Assembly (NCBI GenBank): GCA_051819685.1
Contig: JBNJGI010000002.1
Coordinates: 2,638 to 66,637 of the forward strand
Source of the DNA: Nanobdellota archaeon
Lineage (GTDB): Archaea; Nanobdellota; Nanobdellia; Woesearchaeales; DATGWN01
Direction: 5' to 3'
DNA: 64,000 nucleotides
Shown: positions 18,404 to 27,119 of the stretch, in pieces
Layout of the letters: every line of letters begins with the position of its first letter
Numbering within the stretch: position 1 is the first letter of the stretch
Translations under genes and position numbers: made by a program
Notes under the pieces: generated by a model
Database searches by the model: none
The model's input: the letters and a program-made list of their open reading frames with translations, nothing else
What the model was told of the DNA's origin: nothing

Positions 18404-19512
18404 GAATAGCATTAATCAGTTTAGGAAGTAAAAGTTCAGAAATGATAGCAGATGAACTTGAAAAATATTTTTCGAAAGTCGATATAATAGATATAAGAGA
18501 AATAGAAATAAGTGTAGGGAATAAATCCTCTGGAATCTTATATCAAGGAAAACCAATGGAAGAATATGATTGTGTTTTCATCAGAGGTTCTTATAAATAT
18601 GCTGCTATACAAAGATCTATAGCTTCTAAACTTTATGGAAAATGCTACATGCCTTATCCTCCAAGTGTATTTTCTATAGTACACGATAAAATACTTACAC
18701 ATTTAGAATTGGAAAATTATGGTGTTCCTATGCCTACAACATATCTTACATCTACTATAAAAGCTGCAAAAGAATTATTGAAACATATCAATTATCCTAT
18801 TATAATGAAAATTCCTCAAGGAACTCAAGGCAAAGGGGTTATGTTCGCTGATAGTTTTGCAGGAGCTAATTCGATCTTAGATACTCTGGAAACACTTAAA
18901 CAACCATTCCTGATACAAGAATTTGTAGAAACAAACGGCACTGATGTGAGGGCCGTTGTAGTGGGTGATGAGGTAGTAGCCTGTATGAAAAGAAAATCTA
19001 CAGGAGAAGATAAAAGATCTAATCTTCATGCAGGAGGATCTTCTGAAATTATAACACCTTCATCTGAAATCAAGAAAATCTCCGTCAAAGTTGCAAAAGC
19101 TCTTGGAGCATATGTTTGTGGTGTAGATATATTAGAAGGAGTTAAGTCACCTTTAGTTATAGAAGCTAATCTTAGCCCTGGTATGCAAGGGATTACTGAA
19201 GCCACTGGTGTCAATGTTCCTGAGATAATAGCAAAAAGTCTTGCTGAAAAAACTTCAAAATTCCTTGAAGAAAAGAAAAAAGGAACTGATGTGAAAAATG
19301 TCCTCACAGAAGAAGGTATAAGAAGTGCTTCTCCCGAAATTCAGGGAAAAGTGATAAGCAAAGAAGATTTTAATAACATAATAACAACTCTTGATTTCAG
19401 GGGTGAAAGAATTCTTCTTCCGAAATTAGTAAGTGCTTCCTCAAAATTTAAAGAAGGAGAGGAATATGTTATAGAATATAAAGAAGGTCAAATTAACATC
19501 AAAAACATTTAA
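18400..19512 (+). CDS. rimK: RimK-family ATP-grasp alpha-L-glutamate ligase with C-terminal extension
   Basis: ATP-grasp motifs PIIMKIPQGTQGKGV, IQEFVE..GTDVRAVVVG and NLHAGG. About 80 extra C-terminal residues follow. Confidence 0.75.
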   Translation: MRIALISLGSKSSEMIADELEKYFSKVDIIDIREIEISVGNKSSGILYQGKPMEEYDCVFIRGSYKYAAIQRSIASKLYGKCYMPYPPSVFSIVHDKILTHLELENYGVPMPTTYLTSTIKAAKELLKHINYPIIMKIPQGTQGKGVMFADSFAGANSILDTLETLKQPFLIQEFVETNGTDVRAVVVGDEVVACMKRKSTGEDKRSNLHAGGSSEIITPSSEIKKISVKVAKALGAYVCGVDILEGVKSPLVIEANLSPGMQGITEATGVNVPEIIAKSLAEKTSKFLEEKKKGTDVKNVLTEEGIRSASPEIQGKVISKEDFNNIITTLDFRGERILLPKLVSASSKFKEGEEYVIEYKEGQINIKNI

Positions 19513-19549
19513 TGACATATAAGATAAAATAGCGATATTGCCTTTTAAT

Positions 19550-19573
19550 ACCGGAAATCTTACGGTTTTTTTT
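19550..19573 (+). terminator. short hairpin plus T8 run after rimK
   Basis: accg-gaaatctta-cggt followed by tttttttt. Archaeal termination uses oligo-T tracts. An R1 TIR fragment, gatattgcc, lies at 19535-19543. Confidence 0.3.
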
Positions 19574-19610
19574 AAATAAAATTCTTAATAGATTAAAAAA
19601 TAACTAATAT

Positions 19611-20513
19611 ATGAAATTAAAATTTTTATTTATAATACTTTTTTTAATCTTAATATCATTAAGTTTTTATGATATGAATGCTGATGAAGAAGAAAATATT
19701 ATTATCGATAATTATTTCTGTCCCGAACAAAATTGTTCTGATATCTTTAAAAGTATTCTAAAAAATAAAAAAACAAAATGCGCCTTTTTTGATATAGATA
19801 AGGAATTTTATAGAATAATTAATAATAGTTTTTTGATTATGGAAAAAGATAATATGGGAGATTTTTATGCCATTGAAGATTCTAATTATGCATATATGCA
19901 CAATAAATTTTGTATAATAGGTAATGATAAAGTTTTAACAGGCAGTGCAAATCCGACTCATAACGGCCTGAAAAAAAATGATAACAACTTATTATTAATA
20001 AAATCAAAAGAAATAGCTTCAATATACATTAAAGAATTTGATGAATTAAAAAAAGGTGAAAAAAACAGTTTGAATAAAAAGGATCAATATCCAAAAATAT
20101 ATTTCTGTCCTGAAAATTCATGCTCTTCAAAACTTATAAGACTTATAAGAGATGCTAAGAAATCTATATATTTCGCGACATTTAGTTTTACTGATAAAGC
20201 TATAGCAAACGAAATCATACTTTCACATAGGAAAGGATTGGATGTAAAAGGGGTTTTTGAAAAAAGAATGACAAGTATTTATAGTGTCTATGATTTATTG
20301 AAATTTCAGAAGATTGATGTAGTTGAAGATAAAAATCCTAAAACGATGCATAATAAATATTTTATAATAGATGAAGAGATTGTATTTACTGGTAGTTATA
20401 ATCCGACAAATAATGGAAATGAAAATAACGATGAAAATATTGTAATTATTAAAAACAGAACAATTGCAAGTGAGTATATAAGTAATTTCGAAAGAATATA
20501 TAATTATAAATAA
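19611..20513 (+). CDS. secreted phospholipase D-family protein (Nuc-like, two HKD motifs)
   Basis: HNKFCIIGNDKVLTGSANPT and HNKYFIIDEEIVFTGSYNPT, plus an N-terminal signal/TM. Confidence 0.75.
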   Translation: MKLKFLFIILFLILISLSFYDMNADEEENIIIDNYFCPEQNCSDIFKSILKNKKTKCAFFDIDKEFYRIINNSFLIMEKDNMGDFYAIEDSNYAYMHNKFCIIGNDKVLTGSANPTHNGLKKNDNNLLLIKSKEIASIYIKEFDELKKGEKNSLNKKDQYPKIYFCPENSCSSKLIRLIRDAKKSIYFATFSFTDKAIANEIILSHRKGLDVKGVFEKRMTSIYSVYDLLKFQKIDVVEDKNPKTMHNKYFIIDEEIVFTGSYNPTNNGNENNDENIVIIKNRTIASEYISNFERIYNYK

Positions 20514-20560
20514 CGCTATTAAAACAGAATGTTTATAGATAAAAATAAATATTATATTTA

Positions 20561-20740
20561 ATGATTAAAAGAGATATTGAACCTGAAATTTATAACTGGA
20601 TTGAGAATAAAGAAATTTTAGCAATAAGGGGATCAAGACAGTGTGGAAAAACAACACTTCTAAAAAAAATTATTAAATACTTAAAAAAATCAGATATTGA
20701 AGAAAAAAACATACATTACATCCCTTTTGTTTTATTGTGA
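20561..20740 (+). pseudogene. N-terminal fragment of a DUF4143-type AAA ATPase
   Basis: My translation gives MIKRDIEPEIYNWIENKEILAIRGSRQCGKTTLLKKIIKYLKKSDIEEKNIHYIPFVLL* (59 aa, below the track cutoff). It has a Walker A but nothing downstream. It overlaps the 3' end of lig. Confidence 0.55.
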
Positions 20741-22573
20741 TTCATAATAATCCTTTATTTTATTTATATCATCCACATCTTCCAAATTAACATCAGGTCT
20801 TAAAGTAAGAAATCTCGGGAATCTTAAAGCAAAACCACTTCTATTTGATGGGCTTTTCTGAATCTCCTCGTAACCAACTGAAATTACAATAGCAGGTTCG
20901 ACATCAACGACTTTCTTATTTATATCGCCTTTAATATGGTTATTAACTAAATCAGTCATCTCTTTAAAAGTCGTACCTTTATCATTTTCTATTTCTTTCA
21001 TTCCTGTAGAAACTTTTCCAATCTCAAGGAAATCATTGTCCTTTCCTTTGCAACCCACTGTGAAACTCGTAAGCCATGAAGATCTTTTTCCTTCACCCCA
21101 TTCAGCTTTCAGAATAACTAAATCCAAGGGATCCATTATAGGTTTTATCTTTAACCAACAACCAACTCTGTTTCCTGGTCTATAACCTGCTTTTGGATCT
21201 TTTACGACAATACCTTCGTTATTCATAGAAATTGATTTTTTATAGAAAGCTTCTCCTGACTCTATAGAATTTATTTCTATTTGTTCTGATAAACCTATTT
21301 TTTTCATGGGTTGGATATTATCTTCAAGAAGTTTTCTTCTTTCTTTAAGAGGCATATCAAGAGTGTCTTTATCGTTGATATAAAGGACATCCCAAGTATA
21401 ATAATTCACAGGCAATTTCTTTGCTAAATCATGTATATCATATTTTCTTTTAATCCTTTGAGATATTTCCTGAAAAGGAAGATAATTACCTTTATCATCA
21501 ATACCTACAAATTCCCCATCAATAATTATATTTTTGACCTTTATCGCAGAAAGAAGATCTGAAACTACATCAGGGAATTGTTCAGTAACATCTTCAAGAT
21601 TTCTTGTAAATATTCTTATTTTCTTACCTTTCTTATGTACTTGTGCCCTAAAACCGTCATATTTATACTCAAGATAAAAGGGTAATTGTATTGATTCAGT
21701 AGCTTCTTTTATATCTTTTACTTTCTGCATCAACATTACTTTAAAAGGGACCATGAGTTGTAATGAAACTTTATTTACTTCTTTAAGACCTCCTATAATA
21801 GCAAGATTTGCAACTTTTTTCATTTCATTTATCTTATCATAAGCTGATTGCAAAGAATTTGTAATATAATTATAACAATTTCTTGCTGTCTGGTAATCTT
21901 TAGGTTTTATGTAATAATAATTATTTGTATTTAAATCCTTAAGTTCCTCTATTGAATTCACATCTATTGTATTTTCAATTTCCTTTTCAATCTCTTTTTT
22001 ATCTCTCAACCCTAATATTTTAGGGAAAAGTGATTCTGCAATTGCATCTCTAATAGTTCCTGTTGAAACTCCGATTCTTGTATCTCCATTTATAATTCTC
22101 ATTATATACTTTGCTTCTTTACTGTCCGAATCTGCAATCAATTCGGATATTAAGGATATTTTTTGTTTCACTGCATTTTTCCCTTCAATGTCTGCAAGAG
22201 TTTCAATGTTTTTATAGACATTTTTGACACTTATTTCTTTTTTTGTTGAAAAGGAAGCCAATGTTTGCTGTGTTTTCTTGTTGTTTAAAGATTCAGCTAC
22301 AAGGCCGATATCTCCTTTTTTCCTGAATTCTTCTTCAATTTTTTTTCTACTTAATCCATAAGAAGTTTCCAGACTTTTCAATAAAATTTTTTTTGATACA
22401 CCTAATTTCTTGTTGCTCCATGGAGGTATTATCTTACCTTCTAGAATAGGTATTGTAAGTTTAATAATATCTTTAGTTTCTTTAATATATTCCTTAAGTA
22501 TTTCTATCTTATCAAGTCTGCTTGATGTATTTTCAAGTCTTTCAAAATAATCGCACAGTTTGTTGAATTCCAT
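20732..22573 (-). CDS. lig: ATP-dependent DNA ligase
   Basis: Adenylation motif I EYKYDGFRAQVH, motifs EGIVVK and WLKIK, at an archaeal ligase length of 613 aa. Confidence 0.9.
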   Translation of the reverse strand: MEFNKLCDYFERLENTSSRLDKIEILKEYIKETKDIIKLTIPILEGKIIPPWSNKKLGVSKKILLKSLETSYGLSRKKIEEEFRKKGDIGLVAESLNNKKTQQTLASFSTKKEISVKNVYKNIETLADIEGKNAVKQKISLISELIADSDSKEAKYIMRIINGDTRIGVSTGTIRDAIAESLFPKILGLRDKKEIEKEIENTIDVNSIEELKDLNTNNYYYIKPKDYQTARNCYNYITNSLQSAYDKINEMKKVANLAIIGGLKEVNKVSLQLMVPFKVMLMQKVKDIKEATESIQLPFYLEYKYDGFRAQVHKKGKKIRIFTRNLEDVTEQFPDVVSDLLSAIKVKNIIIDGEFVGIDDKGNYLPFQEISQRIKRKYDIHDLAKKLPVNYYTWDVLYINDKDTLDMPLKERRKLLEDNIQPMKKIGLSEQIEINSIESGEAFYKKSISMNNEGIVVKDPKAGYRPGNRVGCWLKIKPIMDPLDLVILKAEWGEGKRSSWLTSFTVGCKGKDNDFLEIGKVSTGMKEIENDKGTTFKEMTDLVNNHIKGDINKKVVDVEPAIVISVGYEEIQKSPSNRSGFALRFPRFLTLRPDVNLEDVDDINKIKDYYESQ

Positions 22574-22682
22574 AATATTTTCAATTATCCTTATTTTATA
22601 TATGTTATTGTTTTTACAATATCTTTGATTGAAATTATTTTATAATCAAAAAAATCATTAGAGAGGTTCAGAAAAAAATTTT

Positions 22683-22734
22683 ACTTGAAGACAAAAATCA
22701 ATTCTTTGCAGTATCACTCATTTTTTGAAAGTGC
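22683..22734 (+). repeat. R1 degenerate mini copy
   Basis: acttgaagacaaaaatcaattctttgcagtatcactcattttttgaaagtgc contains cttgaag plus a right TIR. Confidence 0.5.
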
Positions 22735-22770
22735 TTGTTTTTGGAACGATTGAAAAGTGATATTAGAATT

Positions 22771-23088
22771 TCATTTTTTATCGAATCTTTCATTATCTCT
22801 TTTATAAAGCTTGTAGTTTATCATAGATTTCCATTCTTTAGAAAGATCTATGCCTTCGGAATTCGCCATACATGTCACAGTAAATATAATATCGATTAAT
22901 TCTTGCCCTATACTATTATCTTTTTCCTGATCTTTTTTCTTTTTTGTTCCATATTTATGGTTTATTTCTCTAGCAAGCTCGCCTGTTTCTTCAGTCAGAC
23001 TAGCTAATATCTCATGAGGTGGCCAATACTGAGGTTCAAATTGGCTTGTCCATTCATCAACATTTTCTTGGATTTCTTTAAAGGTCAT
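22771..23088 (-). CDS. MazG-like nucleotide pyrophosphohydrolase domain protein
   Basis: 105 aa. LTEETGELAREINHKYG...ELIDIIFTVTCMAN fits the MazG E-x2-E / E-x2-D helices. Confidence 0.6.
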   Translation of the reverse strand: MTFKEIQENVDEWTSQFEPQYWPPHEILASLTEETGELAREINHKYGTKKKKDQEKDNSIGQELIDIIFTVTCMANSEGIDLSKEWKSMINYKLYKRDNERFDKK

Positions 23089-23140
23089 TGAAAGTAAAGA
23101 AGGAAATTAAGTTTATAATTTTTTTGTTTATATAGTTAGC

Positions 23141-23212
23141 GCATAAGATTATTATATTTTTATATTGCCTTGCAGAAAACCCAAAAATTTGGCTAGACTA
23201 ATTCTATCAAAT
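23141..23212 (+). repeat. R2 repeat module, copy b
   Basis: gcataagattattatatttttatattgccttgcagaaaacccaaaaatttggctagactaattctatcaaat aligns with 55361-55433. Confidence 0.8.
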
Positions 23213-23220
23213 TTAGCAAT

Positions 23221-23285
23221 AGTTAAACTATTAGCGTTTAATTATTATGCGCAATATAAATAAATTTTATTTATGTCGGCGACTA
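23221..23285 (+). repeat. R3 repeat module, copy a
   Basis: agttaaactattagcgtttaattattatgcgcaatataaataaattttatttatgtcggcgacta aligns with 48638-48703, 49104-49169 and the reverse complement of 52306-52371. Confidence 0.8.
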
Positions 23286-23289
23286 ATAT

Positions 23290-23443
23290 GGCACAATTAC
23301 AAAATTAGTGATATTTCGAACGAAAATTAAGTCCTTAGAGTAAACTGGATTGAATTTGCGCCCCTTGTAAGTTGTTTCACTTCTTACCATAAATTCAAAA
23401 AATACTTCAAGACAATATCATCACTTATTTTATTGTAAGTGTC
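23290..23443 (-). mobile_element. R1 repeat, short form, copy G
   Basis: ggcacaattacaaaattagtgatatttcgaacg...tgaatttgcgccccttgtaagttgtttcacttcttaccataaattc...cttcaagacaatatcatcacttattttattgtaagtgtcg. Confidence 0.8.
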
Positions 23444-23461
23444 GTTTATATAAAAATCAGA

Positions 23462-24013
23462 CTATACTTTATTGTTATTGATAAGCTCTTGCATCATATC
23501 CCCGTATTTTTTGTTTTCTATTTTATTATCAGGTGATAAGAAGTTTAAAAGTTCCACACATTCTTTTCTTGCTTTATCTTTTTCATCTACTGATTTAACT
23601 ATCTTTTCGATTTCTATAAATTTACCTAATTTATTGACATCATCCAAATCAATTGTAAAATTCTTATATCTAAAGGATTGTCTGTTTTTTTCTATTGTAA
23701 AACTTTCTTCAAATCCAAGTTTGTTCAATAATTCAATTCCTTGTTTTATATTACCTAATTCAGATCTCAATTCTATACCACCGCTTTCTCTTAATATTTC
23801 TTTGAATTCAAGTGCACATTTATCTCCTACAGATCTTATTCTTGGTACTATTCCTCCTTCTATAATCATTTTATTTGAGTCAAGAAATTTAGGATGCCAG
23901 AAAATTTTGTCAATTTGTTTTATAGTTTGTTGATTTTTTGCTTCTATAGTTTTAAGTTTATCTTTAATATCTTTGAATTCATCTACTTTTGCTCTTACTT
24001 CTACTTCTATCAT
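23462..24013 (-). CDS. CYTH domain protein (class IV adenylate cyclase / triphosphate tunnel metalloenzyme)
   Basis: The N-terminal MIEVEVRAKV (ExExK signature) and the size are typical of CyaB/CYTH. Confidence 0.7.
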   Translation of the reverse strand: MIEVEVRAKVDEFKDIKDKLKTIEAKNQQTIKQIDKIFWHPKFLDSNKMIIEGGIVPRIRSVGDKCALEFKEILRESGGIELRSELGNIKQGIELLNKLGFEESFTIEKNRQSFRYKNFTIDLDDVNKLGKFIEIEKIVKSVDEKDKARKECVELLNFLSPDNKIENKKYGDMMQELINNNKV

Positions 24014-24048
24014 TATATTTTTAATATGTAACTCATATAAAAATTTTT

Positions 24049-24075
24049 CATTTATGTCGGCGACTATTTTATGTG
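24049..24075 (+). repeat. R3 fragment
   Basis: tcatttatgtcggcgactattttatgtgc matches the 3' part of R3 (tttatttatgtcggcgactaatatggcac at 23266-23294). Confidence 0.55.
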
Positions 24076-24100
24076 CTATTTGTAAATAAAACCTATCAAT

Positions 24101-24970
24101 TCAATTCTTTTCAGAAATATTCAATTCTTTTTTTATTCTTTGAAGTGCATTCTCTTTTCTTGTTTCATAATTCTTGAAATCTATCTCTTCATCAATATTT
24201 TCAAAACTTTCAAGTATCTTCTCTATCTTAGGAATTGTTTTCTTCAATATATTTTTTGAATTATTGAATTTTTTCTTAAATTTTTTTCTCTTTATTATCT
24301 TGAACATATCTGCTAGTCTTTCAATAGAATTGAGTATATTGAATACAAGAAGTTCATGATCAAGTATATTGAATGTCTTTTTATCGAGAATCCCGTCATC
24401 TTCCTTGTGAGTAAGCTCATTAATATCCTTAATAAGTTTCTCGAATTGGATCAGATTAAGGTTTATTTCCTGGATTTTTTTCTGAGAAACCTTGCCTTCC
24501 TGTATTTCAAGAATCTCCTGGCTTACCTTCTGCATGAATAAAGCCAAAGAAAGTCTAAGCCTATTCACATTATCTCTTAAAGCTATATCGTAAACTTCAT
24601 TAAGAATAACATTTTGTTTAATAGAGACAAGCCTTGAAGTAACAATAGCTAAAAGCATAAAACCAAGAACAACTTCTATTATTACAATTGGTTTAAAATT
24701 ACCTACAGGAACTATATCTCCAAATCCTGTTGTTGTCGCTGCAATAAAACTGAAATATATTGAGTCAGAAACTTTGGTTATGATACTCCCATTAGAATTC
24801 ATAAGATAGGATGTGTCAGTTATAAAAATGTTATATGAAAGACCGAACAATAATATGATCAAAGCCCAAAGTAAAAATATCCTTGGAAATGTCAGTTTAT
24901 CTATCCATTTCATCAATTTTTTTGAATAGAATTGTTCTGTAAAATGTTTTGGTTTCTTCATACCAAACAT
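24101..24970 (-). CDS. two-TM potassium channel with long cytoplasmic coiled-coil C-terminus
   Basis: Selectivity filter ATTTGFGD between two TM helices. Confidence 0.75.
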   Translation of the reverse strand: MFGMKKPKHFTEQFYSKKLMKWIDKLTFPRIFLLWALIILLFGLSYNIFITDTSYLMNSNGSIITKVSDSIYFSFIAATTTGFGDIVPVGNFKPIVIIEVVLGFMLLAIVTSRLVSIKQNVILNEVYDIALRDNVNRLRLSLALFMQKVSQEILEIQEGKVSQKKIQEINLNLIQFEKLIKDINELTHKEDDGILDKKTFNILDHELLVFNILNSIERLADMFKIIKRKKFKKKFNNSKNILKKTIPKIEKILESFENIDEEIDFKNYETRKENALQRIKKELNISEKN

Positions 24971-25058
24971 ATCTATTATTATCTTTTTAAATTTGTTGGT
25001 TGTTATATAAGAATAATATTTATTTTAAAAAATTAAAATTCTGAATATGTTTGAAAAT

Positions 25059-25375
25059 GGTACATCCATAAAAATGAATGATGTTGCGAACTATAGTTCA
25101 GTAAACTGTTCCGGCACGCTGTCAAGGAAAACCTTTCGGCGGTTTCAACAAGTAGAAACTTTTAGTGCGGTATAGTCACTTTGTTCCTGGCCTTAAACAA
25201 GTTTAAGGAAAGTAGAAGGGTATAAAACCCCCTGAACAAGTCAATTTGTAAAGGCAAATTATTTTGTCCGGGTGAAATTGATTGAATTTGCGCTCCTGTA
25301 GACCGTTTCACTCCTCACCGCAAGTTAAAAAAACACTTCAAGACAATATTATCATTTAATCTTATTCTATGAGCC
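25059..25375 (-). mobile_element. R1 repeat, long form (~317 nt), copy H
   Basis: The ends are as in short copies (ggtacatccataaaaatgaatgatgttgcgaac ... cttcaagacaatattatcatttaat...gagcc). About 190 nt of GC-richer sequence (25093-25266) replaces the ~14-nt aaatgttcggtcct segment of the short copies. Confidence 0.85.
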
Positions 25376-25411
25376 ATAAAAATCATAAAAGATTTTCATA
25401 TAAAAATATAA

Positions 25412-25771
25412 CTAAAAGTTGCAATTCTTGCAAAAAGTTCCTTTACATTCTTTATTATTAAACTTATATTCAATACCCCATTTTTTTATATCTTGTATTA
25501 TTTTAATCAACTTTTTTCCTGAATCAGTAAGAGAATAATATGTATTAATTGGTATCTTCGAACTATCGATTTCTTTTTTTAATATTTCTTCATATTCAAG
25601 TTCTTTTAATCTTTTAGATAAAATTTTAGAAGTGATACTGTGAAGATCTTTTTTAATTGAATTAAATTGTTTTTTATTATTTTTGTTTTTATATATACTT
25701 AAAATTATTAGAAGACTCCATTTTTTTCCTATAATATCTAATGTCCTGTAAATTGTACATTTTTCATTCAT
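25412..25771 (-). CDS. HxlR-family winged-helix transcriptional regulator
   Basis: CTIYRTLDIIGKKWSLLIILSI...ITSKILSKRLKELE...YSLT is the canonical HxlR pattern. Confidence 0.8.
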   Translation of the reverse strand: MNEKCTIYRTLDIIGKKWSLLIILSIYKNKNNKKQFNSIKKDLHSITSKILSKRLKELEYEEILKKEIDSSKIPINTYYSLTDSGKKLIKIIQDIKKWGIEYKFNNKECKGTFCKNCNF

Positions 25772-25842
25772 AGTTTCTATTCAGATACCATCCTTATATA
25801 AATAAGTTTCTATTTTATACTTAATATTAAAAATATACTAGA

Positions 25843-26142
25843 ATGGTTAAAAGAAAAATAATAAACATTGATGAGAGAAAATATGCAGGTGGTAGTCTGT
25901 GCATCCCTAATTATCAAAGGGAACTAATTCAGATAATAAGTGGTGAATCAAGATTAAATTCAGAAATATCCTGTGATGTTCTTGAATTTTTTATTGGATA
26001 TTCTCCTACAAACACTACGCAAATAGAAGAAAAAAACACAGAAACTTATGATGGAAAGGAATTTCTTGAAAAAAATATAAATAAGATTCCCATTAAAAAG
26101 ATTGTAATCGGGACAGATGGTAAAATTTTAGAGAAAAAATGA
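25843..26142 (+). CDS. ferredoxin-like protein with most cluster cysteines replaced
   Basis: ERKYAGGSLCIPNY keeps the spacing of CxxCxxCxxxC but only the third Cys remains. SCDVLEFFIGYSP keeps the spacing of a C-x5-C-x3-CP motif with only the first Cys. ATGA overlap with gpsA. Confidence 0.45.
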   Translation: MVKRKIINIDERKYAGGSLCIPNYQRELIQIISGESRLNSEISCDVLEFFIGYSPTNTTQIEEKNTETYDGKEFLEKNINKIPIKKIVIGTDGKILEKK

Positions 26143-27110
26143 ATAAAATGAGAAAAAATATAGCTATAATAGGAGCAGGAAGTTTTGGAACTGCACTTGC
26201 AAAAACTTTTTCAGAAAATAATAATATCATACTGATATCTGATGAAAAAGATGTTGTCCATGATATAAACGAAAATAAAGAAAATAAAAAACATATGTTC
26301 GGAACAAAATTAAATAATAATATAGAAGCAAGTATAAAAATAAGCAGAATAAAGGATGTAGATATCATCATATTTGCCATACCTTCTAGTGTATATACTA
26401 AAATAACAAAAGAAATAAAACCATTTTATAATAATCAAATTATAATTTCAGCAGGAAAAGGTCTTGATGAGAAGGGAAACCCTTTAACTGAAACAATAAA
26501 AAGTACATTAAAATGTAAAGATAAAAATGTTTTTGCAATATCAGGACCTAATATAGCAATAGAAATTGCAGAAGGGAAAACTTGCTCTACAATGCTTGGT
26601 GGTAATGAAAAAATAGCTTCAAAAATAAAAAAATTATTTGAAACAGATAATTTTTATATTAAATTAACAGATGATATTAAGGGAATACAATATCTTGGAA
26701 ATTATAAAAATATGATTGCAATTTTAGTTGGTTTGTGTGATGGTCTTAAAACAGGAAACAATTTCAAGTCAGCTTTAATAACAAAAGCATATAGGTCATT
26801 TTATTATAAAAATAAAAATAAAAAAATCAAAGAAGAAAGCTTCTTAGATTATGCAGGGATAGGTGACCTTTATGATACATCAATTTCTGTTAATTCAAGA
26901 AACTACAAATTTGGAAAATTATTATCACAAGGAAAATCAATTGAATATATTAAAAAACAAATTGGAGAAGTTGTAGAAGGATTTGAAAATATAAAAAATA
27001 TGAAGCATTACAATAATGATTTAAAATCACTTTTTAATGGAATTATAAAACCTGAAAATAAAAAGTTAATATATAACATGCTTAAATCATATCTAAAAGA
27101 TAATTCATGA
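26139..27110 (+). CDS. gpsA: NAD(P)H-dependent glycerol-3-phosphate dehydrogenase-like
   Basis: Rossmann motif IAIIGAGSFGTALA. The ...ISGPNIAIEIA... and ...GEVVEGFEN... motifs fit the GpsA family. Confidence 0.6.
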   Translation: MNKMRKNIAIIGAGSFGTALAKTFSENNNIILISDEKDVVHDINENKENKKHMFGTKLNNNIEASIKISRIKDVDIIIFAIPSSVYTKITKEIKPFYNNQIIISAGKGLDEKGNPLTETIKSTLKCKDKNVFAISGPNIAIEIAEGKTCSTMLGGNEKIASKIKKLFETDNFYIKLTDDIKGIQYLGNYKNMIAILVGLCDGLKTGNNFKSALITKAYRSFYYKNKNKKIKEESFLDYAGIGDLYDTSISVNSRNYKFGKLLSQGKSIEYIKKQIGEVVEGFENIKNMKHYNNDLKSLFNGIIKPENKKLIYNMLKSYLKDNS

Positions 27111-27119
27111 AGTGTAAAA

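Noticed and set aside
25136-25160. ggtttcaacaagtagaaac (gtttc...gaaac) looks like a CRISPR repeat.
   Set aside because: It occurs only once per long R1 copy (here and, inverted, at 50512-50530). There are no regularly spaced direct repeats or spacers and no cas genes in the window. It is an internal hairpin of the repeat element, not a CRISPR array.
25074-25172. A 32-codon ORF (MNDVANYSSVNCSGTLSRKTFRRFQQVETFSAV) inside long R1 copy H.
   Set aside because: The other long copy (50299-50608) has substitutions and indels near the start that destroy the frame (…ttagtgatattgcgaacaaaaattcagtaa). A coding function is not conserved between copies.
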